In this document: positions 1-11,720 of the stretch, piece after piece
How positions within the stretch are numbered: position 1 is the stretch's first letter
Layout: each line of letters starts with the position of its first letter
Assembly: GCA_963785725.1 (NCBI GenBank)
Contig: CAWAWS010000016.1
Span: 352,001 to 416,000, forward strand
Reading direction: 5' to 3'
DNA length: 64,000 nucleotides
Origin: an uncultured delta proteobacterium
GTDB taxonomy: Bacteria; Myxococcota_A; Polyangia; Palsa-1104
Notes under the pieces: generated by a model
The model's database searches: none
What the model was told of the DNA's origin: nothing
The model's input: only the letters and a program-made list of their open reading frames with translations
Made by a program: the position numbers and the translations under genes

Positions 1-684
1 GACTTTGCGGCCGGTCGCGGTGGAGCCGGTGAAGATGCAAAAGTCGATGCCGCTGTCGATGAGCGCCGCACCGGCCGCGCCGCGCCCGCACACGACCTGA
101 AAGAGCTCGGGCGGCATTCCCGACGCGTCGAACAGCTCTTTGGTCTTGAGCGCGATGAGCGGCGTGACCTCGGACGGCTTGAGGACGACGCCGTTGCCGG
201 CCAGGAGCGCCATCACGACCTCGCCGGTCGCGATGCCGAACGGGAAATTCCAGGGCGAGATGATGCCGACGACGCCGCGCGGCACGAAGTGCAAGTAGCT
301 GGCGCGGTTCTTCAAGAGGTGCAGCGAGATCGGCTCGGGCGCCAAGATCTTGGCCGCACGCTTGATGAAATAGGTCGCCAGATCGGCCACGACCATGACC
401 TCCATCGCCAGCGCTTCGGCCTTCGTCTTGCCGTTCTCGGCCGACAAGAGCGCGCACAGCTCGTCGGCGCGGCTGACGATGAGATCGCGGAAGCGGCCGA
501 CGCGCGCGGCGCGCTCGTCGACGGGCAAGGCGCCCCAAGCGGCCTGCGCAGCGCGGGCGCGCGCGACGGCGGCGCGGACTTCGTCGGCCGAGGCCTCGCG
601 GACTTCGCCGAGGACCGCGCCGGTGAGCGGGTTGCGCGAGACGATGGTGTTGAGCTTGTCGTCGACGATGGCTAGGGCGCCCAT
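1..684 (-). CDS. Aldehyde dehydrogenase family protein (partial, runs off the window start)
   Basis: Manual translation from ATG at 684: MGALAIVDDK...SRNPLTG...AENGKT...PRGVVGIISPWNFP...LLAGNGVVLKPSEVTP...FTGSTATGRKV, i.e. the ALDH PWNFP, KPSE and FTGS motifs. Absent from the ORF track because no stop falls in the window. Confidence 0.93.
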   Translation of the reverse strand, partial: MGALAIVDDKLNTIVSRNPLTGAVLGEVREASADEVRAAVARARAAQAAWGALPVDERAARVGRFRDLIVSRADELCALLSAENGKTKAEALAMEVMVVADLATYFIKRAAKILAPEPISLHLLKNRASYLHFVPRGVVGIISPWNFPFGIATGEVVMALLAGNGVVLKPSEVTPLIALKTKELFDASGMPPELFQVVCGRGAAGAALIDSGIDFCIFTGSTATGRKV

Positions 685-887
685 GGGATCCTCCGTGCGA
701 GCGTTACCATATCATCGACGGGCGGCAAGCGAATGGAAGTGGCGCGCCTCGCCCGCGGCGCCGGGAAGGCCTCAAATTTTCGTGACCCATCCCACGCGAG
801 GCGACGGCATTTTGAGGTGCTGACGCAGCCGCGCCGAGCGATCTCGGCAGCTTCGGCGTGGCATCGTCCTTGCGATTGGCCGCGGGG

Positions 888-3791
888 ATGAAGCGCCAAG
901 CCTATGCCCTCCTCGCCTGCGCCGCGGTTGCCGGTTGCCACGGCAGCTCCGACGTCATCGGCTCCACCAGCTTCCTCTCGTCCGCGCCGGCCGGCACGTC
1001 GGCGGGCGGCCAAGGCGGCGTCAGCGCCGGCGGCGCCGCCGGCGCGTCGAACGGCGCCACCGCGCCGACCACCGGCGCGACCACGACGACGACGTCGACG
1101 ACCCGCACGGTGGAGGAGACCGACCTCTACCGCTTGGAAGGCACGCGGCTCTACTACCTGAACGGCTATCGCGGCCTTATGGTCTTCGACGTCAGCAACG
1201 TCGATCAGCCGAAGCTGCTCGGCCACTCGCCCATTTACGGCTCGCCCGTCGACATGGTCGTCAACAACGGCATCGCCACCGTCGTCGTCGGCGATTGGTA
1301 CGGCCAGATGGAGGACGGCACGCCCTTTCACGGCTCGATCGTGCGCGGCCTCGACGCCACCGACCCGACGAACATCAAGGTCATCGGCGAGGCGAAGTTG
1401 GGCGGCTGGGTGCAGGATGACCGCGTCGTCGGCAACGTCCTCTACGCCGTCAGCATCGACTACGGCTGGAGCTACGGCTGGGACTATTACGGCGGCGCGC
1501 AGACGTCGGTCATCGTCTCGTCGGTCAACTTCGCCAACGGCGCCGTGCAGGCGGTCGGCTCGCAGACGTTCGCCGGCTACACCGGCATCTTCAACGTCAC
1601 GCCCAACTCCATCTTGCTCGCGCACGACTCGGCCGTCGACGCGAGCAGCACCGACCTCGTCTACCTCGACATCAGCGACCCCGCCGGCGCCATCGTCCAG
1701 CGCGGCACCGCGCGCGTGCACGGCCACGCCGAAGGCTGGGGCGCCGACAACGGCCGCTGGAATCTCGACTTCGCCGACGGCAAGACCGCGCACGTCGTCG
1801 GCTGCGCCGGCGCGCAGGGCTACTGCGACGGCTCGGGCGGCTACATCTTGGCCACCGTCGACTTCAGCGTGCCCAACATCCCCGTCCTGCAGTCGGAGCT
1901 GGCGATTCCGTCGGCGGGCTGGAGCGTCGCCGCGCGCTTCGACAGCGGCCGGCTCTATCTCTCGCCCGACAACTACGAGACCCAAAGCGGCTCGACGCCG
2001 TTCCAAGTCTACGACTTGACGAACCCGCAAGCGCCGGTGCTGGCCGGCTCGGCGTCGATCCCGGGCACGGTGTGGAACATCCTGCCGGCGCCGCAGCAGC
2101 GCATCTTCGCGCTCGGCAACGACTGGGGCAGCTCGGATTCGTCGGACGCCGTGTCGCTGAAATACCTCGACGTGACCGATCCCGCGAACCCGACGCTCAT
2201 CGGCAACTCCGAGTTCGGCCAAGGCTGGGCCTGGACGCCGGCCGCGGGCACGTTCAAGGCGTTCACGATGGACGCGACGCAAGGGCTCGTCGTCCTGCCC
2301 TTCGCCGGCTGGGATGACACGACGAACGCCTACAACAACGGGCTGCAGCTCATCGAGTTCACGCCCACGAGCGAGACGACGGCGGGCGCAGCCCACGCGC
2401 ACGGCTGGGTCGAGCGCGGCATCTTCGTCGCCAATCGGCTGGTGTCGCTGAGCGATCTGTCGCTGTCGGTCGTCGACTACTCGAACCACGCGGCGCCGGT
2501 GGTGACGGCCGAGCTGACGCTGGCGCGCAACGTCGTCGCCGCGCAGCCGGGCGGCGCGACGATCGCCGAGGTCTCGAGCGACTGGTGGGACAACGATCTG
2601 ACGTCGTCGCAGGTGCGCGTCCTGCCGATCGGCAACTCCGACGAAGCCGTCGACATGCCGAGCGCGCCCAGCGTCAACGTCGACGGCGTCAACGCGCAGG
2701 TCTTCCACAACGGCAACTTCGAATACATCGTCACCAACGTGCGCGTGAACGGCGCCTGCCCCGACGGCTACTCGGCGCCGTGCTACAGCCGCGCCGAGCA
2801 GGTCCAGGTCGTCGACCTCTCGAACGGCGGCGCCGTCTTGCGCGGCAAGGTGACGCTGCCGCTCGACCCGTGGGGCTGGTACGGCTGGGGCTGGTTCGGC
2901 TTCTACTACTACGACTGGTACGACGGCGCCGACATGGTGCAGTTCGCGCCCGACGGCCTCGCCTTCCGTCGCTGGGAGCCGATTTGGGGCGCCAACGGCC
3001 AATATCTCGACAGCAACAGCGCGCTCTTCGTCGTCGATCTGGCCAACGCTGACGCGCCCAAGGTCGCCTCCGTCACCATCACCGACGATCCGCAGGGCTG
3101 GTGGGGCAACTTACGCGTCATCGGCAGCACGCTCTATTCGAGCCACTACGAGTGGTACGACCGCACGGGCGACTACAACGGCTGGCGCGTGCGCTATTAC
3201 GCCGACCGCATCGACCTGAGCGATCGCAGCCATCCGCGCGTCGAGGCCAAGATCAACACGCCCGGCATCCTCGTCGGCGGCTCCGACTCCGATCCGTCGA
3301 TCTTGTACACCATCGATTACCACTGGGATTGGAACAGCAACTTCGAGCGCAACGAGCTCGACGTCGTGCGCGTCAGCGGCCACACGGCCAAGCTCGTCGG
3401 CCGCACCGACGTCGACGGCTGGATCGGCCAGACGTTCATCCGCGGCACGACCGCGTACATGGCCGCGCAGCACTACGACGACGGCAGCGGCAACACGCAG
3501 CTCAACCTGCACGCGATCGATCTGACGAATCCTGAGCATCCCATCGATCGCGTGGCGCCGACGCAGCACGGCTGGGGCTGGCTGCTCGACGTGCAAGGCG
3601 ATCGCGCGCTCGTGCAGTCGGGCTGGGGCCCGGATGGTCTCGACATCTATCAGCTGAGCGACACGGCGGCGCCCAAGTTCAGCCAGTTCGTGCGCACGCG
3701 CGGCTGGGGCGTCAACACGGTGTCGCGCCAGGACAACACGCTGTTCCTGTCGAGCGGCTATTGGGGCGTGCAGCCGATCAGCTTGCAGTAA
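888..3791 (+). CDS. Large beta-propeller domain lipoprotein
   Basis: Lipoprotein-like signal MKRQAYALLACAAVAG-C, a Gly/Thr-rich linker, then VEETD...GLMVFDVSN and repeated 'V.D.T.P..P' blades typical of the secreted beta-propeller family. Trp/Tyr-rich. Confidence 0.75.
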   Translation: MKRQAYALLACAAVAGCHGSSDVIGSTSFLSSAPAGTSAGGQGGVSAGGAAGASNGATAPTTGATTTTTSTTRTVEETDLYRLEGTRLYYLNGYRGLMVFDVSNVDQPKLLGHSPIYGSPVDMVVNNGIATVVVGDWYGQMEDGTPFHGSIVRGLDATDPTNIKVIGEAKLGGWVQDDRVVGNVLYAVSIDYGWSYGWDYYGGAQTSVIVSSVNFANGAVQAVGSQTFAGYTGIFNVTPNSILLAHDSAVDASSTDLVYLDISDPAGAIVQRGTARVHGHAEGWGADNGRWNLDFADGKTAHVVGCAGAQGYCDGSGGYILATVDFSVPNIPVLQSELAIPSAGWSVAARFDSGRLYLSPDNYETQSGSTPFQVYDLTNPQAPVLAGSASIPGTVWNILPAPQQRIFALGNDWGSSDSSDAVSLKYLDVTDPANPTLIGNSEFGQGWAWTPAAGTFKAFTMDATQGLVVLPFAGWDDTTNAYNNGLQLIEFTPTSETTAGAAHAHGWVERGIFVANRLVSLSDLSLSVVDYSNHAAPVVTAELTLARNVVAAQPGGATIAEVSSDWWDNDLTSSQVRVLPIGNSDEAVDMPSAPSVNVDGVNAQVFHNGNFEYIVTNVRVNGACPDGYSAPCYSRAEQVQVVDLSNGGAVLRGKVTLPLDPWGWYGWGWFGFYYYDWYDGADMVQFAPDGLAFRRWEPIWGANGQYLDSNSALFVVDLANADAPKVASVTITDDPQGWWGNLRVIGSTLYSSHYEWYDRTGDYNGWRVRYYADRIDLSDRSHPRVEAKINTPGILVGGSDSDPSILYTIDYHWDWNSNFERNELDVVRVSGHTAKLVGRTDVDGWIGQTFIRGTTAYMAAQHYDDGSGNTQLNLHAIDLTNPEHPIDRVAPTQHGWGWLLDVQGDRALVQSGWGPDGLDIYQLSDTAAPKFSQFVRTRGWGVNTVSRQDNTLFLSSGYWGVQPISLQ

Positions 3792-3826
3792 CCCGCGGTA
3801 ACTAAACTAGCTTATATTAAGCTTCT

Positions 3827-5620
<1,794 letters not shown>

Positions 5621-5683
5621 GCGCCGAGTCTAATGGATAGGTCGAGCAGCGCCGACGACAAAGGCGTGTCACCTTTAACGGGT

Positions 5684-6595
5684 ATGCAAGAAGTGCATGG
5701 GTTCGCCGTCACGCGTCATGGGCGGTCGTGGTCGGCGCTGCTGCTCGGCCTGTTGCTGTTGCACGCCGCGCCAGCGCGCGCCGAGGCGCTGGCCGCCGCC
5801 AGCGCGCCCGGCGGCAGCGACAGCGGAACGGCGGCGCTGGCGGCGCGCTTCGCGCCCATCGTCTACTTCGATCAGCGCGTCCCCGGCGATCACGGCAAGA
5901 GCTCGAAGTGCTTACCGCAGAGCGCCGAGCCCTATTACGAAGCGCACATTCACGGCGATCGTCGCCGCATCTGCAATCAAGACGTGCGTTCACTCGACGA
6001 CGCGCCCGCTTATTACGAGGTCGCGCAGATCAACGACTCCACGTTCATTACTTATTGGTTCTTCTACGGCTATCAAGGCACCTGCTTGACCGGCTTCGGC
6101 AGCCACGACTCCGACTGGGAGCGCATCGCCGTCCGCGTCGCCCGCGGCCAGCTGCGCGACGTCGTCTATTGGCAGCACAACGGCCGCTACACGCGGCGCG
6201 CCGAGCACGTGCGCTTGGAGGGCGACCATCCCGTCGTCTTCTCGGGCAAGAACAGCCACGGCTCGTATCACGACACCGGCGGCTCGGGCGGCTGCCGCTA
6301 TTTCGCCGACTATCGCAATCCCGGCGGACGGAAACTGAAGTGGCAAACGGCGCTGCACTTGCAGTCGCTGGCCGCGCAGAGCGAGGCGTGGATGACGGCG
6401 CCCGCGTCCGCCGACGGCTGGTCCAAAGAGAAGCCGCCGACGCGGCGCCGCAATTCGCTCGAGGAGACCGTCTGCCGCGACGACGCCGGCCGCTTGAAGA
6501 TCGCCGGCATCACGTTCGCGAAGACGAACACCTGCGCGCGCAGCGACTACCGCGACCCACACATGCGCATCGCCGCCCTCGCCAACACGCCTTGA
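5684..6595 (+). CDS. Secreted Vps62/NPP1-like protein
   Basis: Signal-peptide-like N-terminus; FAP...YWFFYGY...GSHDSDWERIAV...YWQH...HPVVFSGKNSHGSY resembles the H-x-x-DWE motif of Vps62-related and NPP1-like proteins. Several Cys. Start uncertain. Confidence 0.55.
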   Translation: MQEVHGFAVTRHGRSWSALLLGLLLLHAAPARAEALAAASAPGGSDSGTAALAARFAPIVYFDQRVPGDHGKSSKCLPQSAEPYYEAHIHGDRRRICNQDVRSLDDAPAYYEVAQINDSTFITYWFFYGYQGTCLTGFGSHDSDWERIAVRVARGQLRDVVYWQHNGRYTRRAEHVRLEGDHPVVFSGKNSHGSYHDTGGSGGCRYFADYRNPGGRKLKWQTALHLQSLAAQSEAWMTAPASADGWSKEKPPTRRRNSLEETVCRDDAGRLKIAGITFAKTNTCARSDYRDPHMRIAALANTP

Positions 6596-6623
6596 CGCCG
6601 CCGCCGCCGCCGCCGACCGACGA

Positions 6624-6652
6624 TTGACCCTCGCAACTACTGCGGTTACTTT
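6624..6652 (+). promoter_or_regulatory. Sigma70-type promoter with overlapping putative Rrf2 operator
   Basis: TTGACC (6624-6629)-N17-TACTTT (6647-6652), 12 nt before the Rrf2 ATG. The imperfect palindrome GCAAC-N7-GTTAC (6633-6649) lies in the spacer and overlaps the -10. Confidence 0.55.
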
Positions 6653-6664
6653 TAGCGGCGTCCC

Positions 6665-7090
6665 ATGAGCTCCAACAGCCGCTACTCGGTCTCGGTGCAC
6701 ATCTTGTTGATGCTGCAAGATCCCGACGGCGATTGGGTCACGAGCGAGTGGATCGCCGGCAGCGTCAACACCAACCCGGTCGTCATTCGCCGCCTCCTGC
6801 GCGCGCTGCAAGCGGTCGGGCTCGTCGCCGGGCAAAAGGGCGCGCACGGCGGCTATCGACTGGCGCGCTCGTGTCAGACGATCACGATGTGGGAGGTCTA
6901 CGCGGCGATGCGCGAAGACGGCCCGTTTGGCCTGCACGCCGCCAAGCCGAACCCGCGCTGTCCCATCGGCGGGCGCATTCAGAAGCACTTGCGCGGCATC
7001 TACGACGCCACCGAAGCCTCGATGGAGCGCGTGCTCGACAAGACGACGCTCGGCAGCCTGCGCAAGCAGATCACGTCGAACAGTCAGTGA
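6665..7090 (+). CDS. Rrf2 family transcriptional regulator (YwnA-like, no three-Cys Fe-S motif)
   Basis: SRYSVSVHIL...TSEWIAGSVNTNPVVIRR...KGAHGGYRLA...NPRCPIG. Confidence 0.9.
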   Translation: MSSNSRYSVSVHILLMLQDPDGDWVTSEWIAGSVNTNPVVIRRLLRALQAVGLVAGQKGAHGGYRLARSCQTITMWEVYAAMREDGPFGLHAAKPNPRCPIGGRIQKHLRGIYDATEASMERVLDKTTLGSLRKQITSNSQ

Positions 7091-7123
7091 CCGTAAGCGA
7101 CCGCGACCATGATTACGCCTCGT

Positions 7124-7228
7124 GTTAGTTAACGCGAACGACAATCATTGCGCGCTCGGTTAGTTAACGCGAACGACAACCTTTGCGCATTCGGTTAGTT
7201 AACGCGAACGACAATCATTGCGCGGACG
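7124..7228. repeat. Tandem repeat, 3 x 35 bp
   Basis: GTTAGTTAACGCGAACGACAAtcaTTGCGCnnnCG at 7124, 7159 and 7194, with a degenerate copy at about 7089-7123. Lies between convergent genes. Confidence 0.9.
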
Positions 7229-7256
7229 GTTAACTGCTTGGCTGGCCGCGCGCGCG

Positions 7257-9767
7257 TCAACGACCGATGGCGCGCAGCTCGAGGAGCGGCGTTTCGCCGT
7301 CGACGAGCTGGCTCGGGCGGGCGTCGACGAAGCAGTCGAGCATCCAGTCCTCGTCCTCTTCGGGATCGAGGATGCGCTGGCGCGCCGTGAACGTGCCCGG
7401 CGCCTCGGCCGGCTTGAGCTCCGTCTGATTCGGCCGGCGCGCGCGCGGCGTGACGTCGATGCGCGCGTGCTCGGCCCAATAGGGCGCCAGCGCCGCGGCC
7501 AGCCGCTCGGCCGTCCAGGGCGCGTCGCCGGCGGGCGCGCGCACCATCGCCGCCGCCTCTTCGTACTGCTTGTCCGCCAAGGCCTTGAGCAGCCGGTGCA
7601 GCTCGCCGCGGACGCGCGCGCCCACCGTGCGCGTGTCGTCGACCGTCGGCTGCGTCTGCGGCACGAGCACGACGCGCCTGGCAGGATTCGTGGGATCCCG
7701 CAGTTGCTGCCACTCGTCGAGCAGGCTGGAGTCGACCGTCCGCAACATCGAGCGCAACAGATCGAGGATGTCGTCGATCTCTTCGGAGCGCGCCTCTTGC
7801 GGGACCGTCTGCAAGAGCGCCTTGTACGTCTCGTTGACGTAGCGCAGCAGCACGCCTTCGGAGCGCTGCAGCTCGTAGTCGCGCACGTAGTCGTGGAAGC
7901 TGCAGAACTTCTCGACCATGTCGCGCGCCACCGACTTCGGGCGAATGCTCTCCTGCCCGACCCACGGATGCTTGGCCACGAAGGTGTTGAACGCGTCGTA
8001 GATGAACTCGCCGCCGGGCTTGGGCCAGGTGATCTTGTCGAGCTCTTCCATGCGCTCGGCGTATTCGACGCCGGCCATCTTCAGCTCGGCCAGCTTCTCG
8101 GTCTTGGCGCGATTGACCTGCGCGAAGAGGACGACCATCGGGTTCTCGAGGATCGACTCGACGAGCGACAACACGTCGAGCGCGTAGTTGGGCGACGATT
8201 GGTCAACCAACTTGACGGTCTCGACCAAGAACAGCGCCAGCGTGTGATGCAGCGAGAAGTCGTGCTGCAGCTCGGCGCTCACTTCGACCAGCGGATGGCG
8301 CGCGCGCTCGTCGGTGACGACGTTGATGATGCCGGCGCGGCGCAGCGTGCGAAACAGAGTCGCCGCCGTGCGCCTGAGCTGCCGCTTGCCCCACTCGTTG
8401 GAATGCGAGCGGCGAATGATCTCGACGAGCCGGCGATAGCCGCGCGGATCGCCTTGCAAGAGCGCCAACAACATCCCGTGTGAGACGACGAAGCGCGACT
8501 CGAGCGGCTCCGGCTTCTTCTCCAAGATGCGCTCGAACGTCTCGCGATCCCAATGCACGTAGCCTTTTTGCGGCGGCTTCTGCATCACCACTTTCTTGCC
8601 CGCCGCTTTCTTCTCCTGCAGCTTCAGGTTCTCGATGACGTGCTCGGGCGCCTGCACGACGACGTAGCCGCGCTCGTCGAAGCCTTTGCGACCGGCGCGA
8701 CCGGCGATCTGATGGAAGTCGCGCACGCTCAAGATGGCCGACTTCTCGCCGTCGTATTTGCACAGCTGCGTAAAGAGGACGGTGCGGATGGGGATGTTGA
8801 TGCCCATGCCGAGCGTGTCGGTGCCGGAGACGACCTTGAGCAGGCCCTGCTGCGCCAATTTCTCGACGAGCAGGCGATACTTCGGCAGCAGCCCGGCGTG
8901 ATGCAGCCCGATGCCGGCGCGAATGAAGCGCTGAAAGTCTTTGGCGTAGGGCGTGTCGAACTTGAAGTCGGCGATGGCTTCGGCGATCGCCTGCTTCTCT
9001 TCCTTCGTGCAGATGTTGATGCTGGTGAGGTTCTGCGCCTGCTCGGCGGCGGCGCGCTGCGTGAAATTTACTAGGTAAACGGGATAACGCTTGAGCGCGA
9101 TCAGCTTCTCCAGCGTCTCGTGCAGCGGCGTCTCGCGATAGTCGTACTCGAGCGGCACCGGCCGTTCCGTCGAGCGCACGACCGCGACTTCGCGCTTGGT
9201 CAGCTCGACGAGGCTCTTCTCGATGACGCTGGTATCGCCGAGCGTCGCCGACATGAGCAAGAAGGTCGCGTCGTTACAAATGAGCAGCGGAATCTGCCAC
9301 GCGACGCCGCGCTCTTTGTCGGCGTAGTAGTGGAACTCGTCCATGACGACGTATTCGATGCGCGCGTTCTTGTCGCGTAAGGCCAGGTTGGCGAGGATCT
9401 CGGCCGTGCAGCAGATGATCTTGGCGCCGGGGTTGATGGCGGCGTCGCCGGTGAGCATGCCGACGTTGTCGGCGCCGAACTCGTTGCACAGCGCGAAGAA
9501 CTTCTCGTTCACGAGCGCCTTGATCGGGCACGTGTAATAGGAGACGCGGCCTTCGGCGAGCGCCTTGAAGTGCAGCGCCGTGGCGACGAGCGACTTGCCC
9601 GAGCCGGTGGGCGTGTTGAGGATGACGTGCTTGCCGGCGAACAGCTCGAGGATGGCCTCTTCCTGCGCGGGATAGAGCGACAGGCCGGCTTCCGCGACGT
9701 GCGCGACGAAGCGTTCGAGCACGTCGTCGGCGGTTTTGACTCCTACGGCTAGGCTGGCGAGAGACAC
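7257..9767 (-). CDS. Ski2-like DEAD/DEAH box helicase (DUF3516-type C-terminus)
   Basis: TPTGSGKS, PIKAL, MDEFH, MSAT, TDTLGMGIN and QIAGRAGR helicase motifs. Exact start uncertain. Confidence 0.9.
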   Translation of the reverse strand: MSLASLAVGVKTADDVLERFVAHVAEAGLSLYPAQEEAILELFAGKHVILNTPTGSGKSLVATALHFKALAEGRVSYYTCPIKALVNEKFFALCNEFGADNVGMLTGDAAINPGAKIICCTAEILANLALRDKNARIEYVVMDEFHYYADKERGVAWQIPLLICNDATFLLMSATLGDTSVIEKSLVELTKREVAVVRSTERPVPLEYDYRETPLHETLEKLIALKRYPVYLVNFTQRAAAEQAQNLTSINICTKEEKQAIAEAIADFKFDTPYAKDFQRFIRAGIGLHHAGLLPKYRLLVEKLAQQGLLKVVSGTDTLGMGINIPIRTVLFTQLCKYDGEKSAILSVRDFHQIAGRAGRKGFDERGYVVVQAPEHVIENLKLQEKKAAGKKVVMQKPPQKGYVHWDRETFERILEKKPEPLESRFVVSHGMLLALLQGDPRGYRRLVEIIRRSHSNEWGKRQLRRTAATLFRTLRRAGIINVVTDERARHPLVEVSAELQHDFSLHHTLALFLVETVKLVDQSSPNYALDVLSLVESILENPMVVLFAQVNRAKTEKLAELKMAGVEYAERMEELDKITWPKPGGEFIYDAFNTFVAKHPWVGQESIRPKSVARDMVEKFCSFHDYVRDYELQRSEGVLLRYVNETYKALLQTVPQEARSEEIDDILDLLRSMLRTVDSSLLDEWQQLRDPTNPARRVVLVPQTQPTVDDTRTVGARVRGELHRLLKALADKQYEEAAAMVRAPAGDAPWTAERLAAALAPYWAEHARIDVTPRARRPNQTELKPAEAPGTFTARQRILDPEEDEDWMLDCFVDARPSQLVDGETPLLELRAIGR

Positions 9768-9789
9768 GCGCGCACTCTACGATGGATTC

Positions 9790-10257
9790 ATGCACACGCC
9801 CATCGTCATGCGACCCATCGGCACGGTTGTCGGCACGCGCAAGGAGCCTACCGACGACGATTGGAGCAAGGAGTCGGCCGAAATCGTGCTCGACGAGGCG
9901 CAATTCGCGCCGGCGGCGCTGGCGGGGATTACGGATTTCACGCACGTGCAGGTGCTGTACGTCATGCACGGCGTGGCCGAAGGCGACGTCGAGACCGAGG
10001 CGCGCCACCCGCGCAACCGCGCCGACTGGCCCAAAGTCGGCATTTTCGCGCAGCGGGCGAAGCGGCGGCCCAATCGCATCGGGCTCGCCTGTTGCCGCAT
10101 CGTCGGCGTCGATGGGTTGCGGCTGCGCGTGGAGGATTTGGACGCGATCGACGGCACGCCGGTGCTCGACGTCAAGCCGTGGGTGCGCGAGTTCGGGCCG
10201 CGTGGCGAGGTGAGGCAGCCGGCGTGGATGACGGAGCTGATGAAGGACTATTTCTAG
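9790..10257 (+). CDS. TrmO/TsaA-like (UPF0066) SAM-dependent methyltransferase
   Basis: RPIG...VGIFAQRAKRRPNRIG...LDAIDGTPVLDVKPW is the TsaA-like signature. Confidence 0.85.
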   Translation: MHTPIVMRPIGTVVGTRKEPTDDDWSKESAEIVLDEAQFAPAALAGITDFTHVQVLYVMHGVAEGDVETEARHPRNRADWPKVGIFAQRAKRRPNRIGLACCRIVGVDGLRLRVEDLDAIDGTPVLDVKPWVREFGPRGEVRQPAWMTELMKDYF

Positions 10258-10673
10258 CCGGAAAGTCACTGCCCGGACCAAGGGAGCAGTCTCTTCTTCG
10301 AGCGACTGCATCGCTCGTGGTCGCCGGGGCGACCTTACGGCTGATCGGGAAGCGGCGGCTTCGAGGGCTGCTGTCGCGCTGCGCGGTTGGCTGCGCGTGG
10401 CTGCTCCGGTCGCGCATGGCGGCGTTCGGCCGTGCATCGCGCGCGGGTGCTGCGCATGACGCGGTGGCGGCGCCCCGGTCGCGCTCGAGTGGTGGCCGGC
10501 TCGGCGACGCTGGGCGGGCGCGCGGTGCGCGCGCCCGGCGTCGCTCCGTCGGAATCGGCCATCCGCCCGATCGGGCCACGCCGGCTGAAGGTTTATCTCG
10601 GGACGGCGCGCTCGGCACCGACGCGCGCCCCCAACAGCGACGTCAGCATCGAGCACAGCGCGACGCGCTCGCG

Positions 10674-11438
10674 CTAGCTGGCGGCGGCGGCCGAAAGCGC
10701 GCGCAACGTCATGTCGCGGGCGAGCTCGAACGCGCGCGGACCGCGATCGAGATGGAACGGCGAGAGGCGCGGCAGCTCCGGCTCGTGCAGCAGATGCAGA
10801 CGCGGGCGCGACGGCACTTTGTTGAGGCCGGGCGTGAACCGGCGCCACGGCGAATGCGTCGGCAGGTGGTGATAGAGCACGACGGCGCCGTCGCTGGCGG
10901 CGGCGATGCCGGCGCGATCGGCGATGCCGCCGTCGAGATAGTTGCGGTGATCGATCTGCACCGGCTGGAACATGCCGGGCACGCTGCAGGATGCGCGGAT
11001 CGCCGGCGCCAGCGCGCCCGAGTCGAGCGTGACCGTCTTGCGCGCGGCGACATCGAAGGCGACGAGGCGGACGCGCAGCTTACAGTCGGCGAAGGTGCGC
11101 ACCTGGATGGGCTCGAGCGCGTCGGTGAGGAGCTGCTCGAAGCGCTCGCCGCGCAGGAAGCCGACGCGCCGCTTGCCGAGGCCGAACAGCGGATCGGGAT
11201 CCCAGAAGTCGCGCCGTTCGAGCGTAAAGAGGCGCTCGCGAATGAGCGACGCCGGCACGCCGGCGCCCCACAAGCCGGTCACGAGCGCGCCGGCGCTGGA
11301 GCCACCGACGAGCGACGGGACGAGCGCGGTCTCTTCGAGCGCTTGCACGACGCCGGCGTGGGCGAAGAAGCCGAAGAAGCCGGACGAAAGAATGAGCTCG
11401 AACGGCTCGCGCCGCAGTAGGTCGGCCAGTGGGGTCAC
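10674..11438 (-). CDS. Patatin-like phospholipase
   Basis: LSSGFFGFFAHAG, GSSAG nucleophile elbow, RASCSVPG and DGG motif. Confidence 0.88.
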   Translation of the reverse strand: MTPLADLLRREPFELILSSGFFGFFAHAGVVQALEETALVPSLVGGSSAGALVTGLWGAGVPASLIRERLFTLERRDFWDPDPLFGLGKRRVGFLRGERFEQLLTDALEPIQVRTFADCKLRVRLVAFDVAARKTVTLDSGALAPAIRASCSVPGMFQPVQIDHRNYLDGGIADRAGIAAASDGAVVLYHHLPTHSPWRRFTPGLNKVPSRPRLHLLHEPELPRLSPFHLDRGPRAFELARDMTLRALSAAAAS

Positions 11439-11467
11439 GGCGCGACTCTAGCAGGTATCGCGTCAGC

Positions 11468-11610
11468 CGCTGCTGTCGTCGGCACGTCGTCGCCGGCCCG
11501 CTGTCGTCGGCTCGCTGTCGTCGCCTCGATGTCGTCGGCACGTCGTCGCCGGCCCGCTGTCGTCGGCTCGCTGTCGTCCGCTCGCGGTCGTCGCCTCGCT
11601 GTCGTCGTCG
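11468..11610. repeat. Degenerate GC-rich tandem repeat (~14-bp CGCTGTCGTCGGCT units forming two ~56-bp blocks)
   Basis: TGTCGTCGGCACGTCGTCGCCGGCCCGCTGTCGTCGGCTCGCTGTCGTC occurs twice, followed by further CGCTGTCGTC-like units, in the divergent intergenic region. Confidence 0.75.
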
Positions 11611-11720
11611 GGCGAGCCACGCTGACGCACCTTGGCATGCGCCTACGACGGAGTGGCTGGTCTCGCACGCGCTCCCCGTATACGATTTGCGCCGAGGCGG
11701 TGACCGATGCGAGCTGCGCC

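Noticed and set aside
672..3002. Long antisense and alternative-frame ORFs (e.g. 672-3002, 32649-34877, 40680-42893, 24734-26512)
   Set aside because: They are Arg/Ala/Gly-rich shadow frames of real genes, expected in high-GC DNA, and carry no motifs.
7124..7228. CRISPR array or plasmid iterons
   Set aside because: Units are contiguous 35-mers without unique spacers, and no rep or cas gene is nearby.
10258..10673. Small gene or ncRNA in the 416-bp gap between convergent genes
   Set aside because: No ORF with protein-like composition and only a short GC hairpin (GGTCGCC-GG-GGCGACC); no support.
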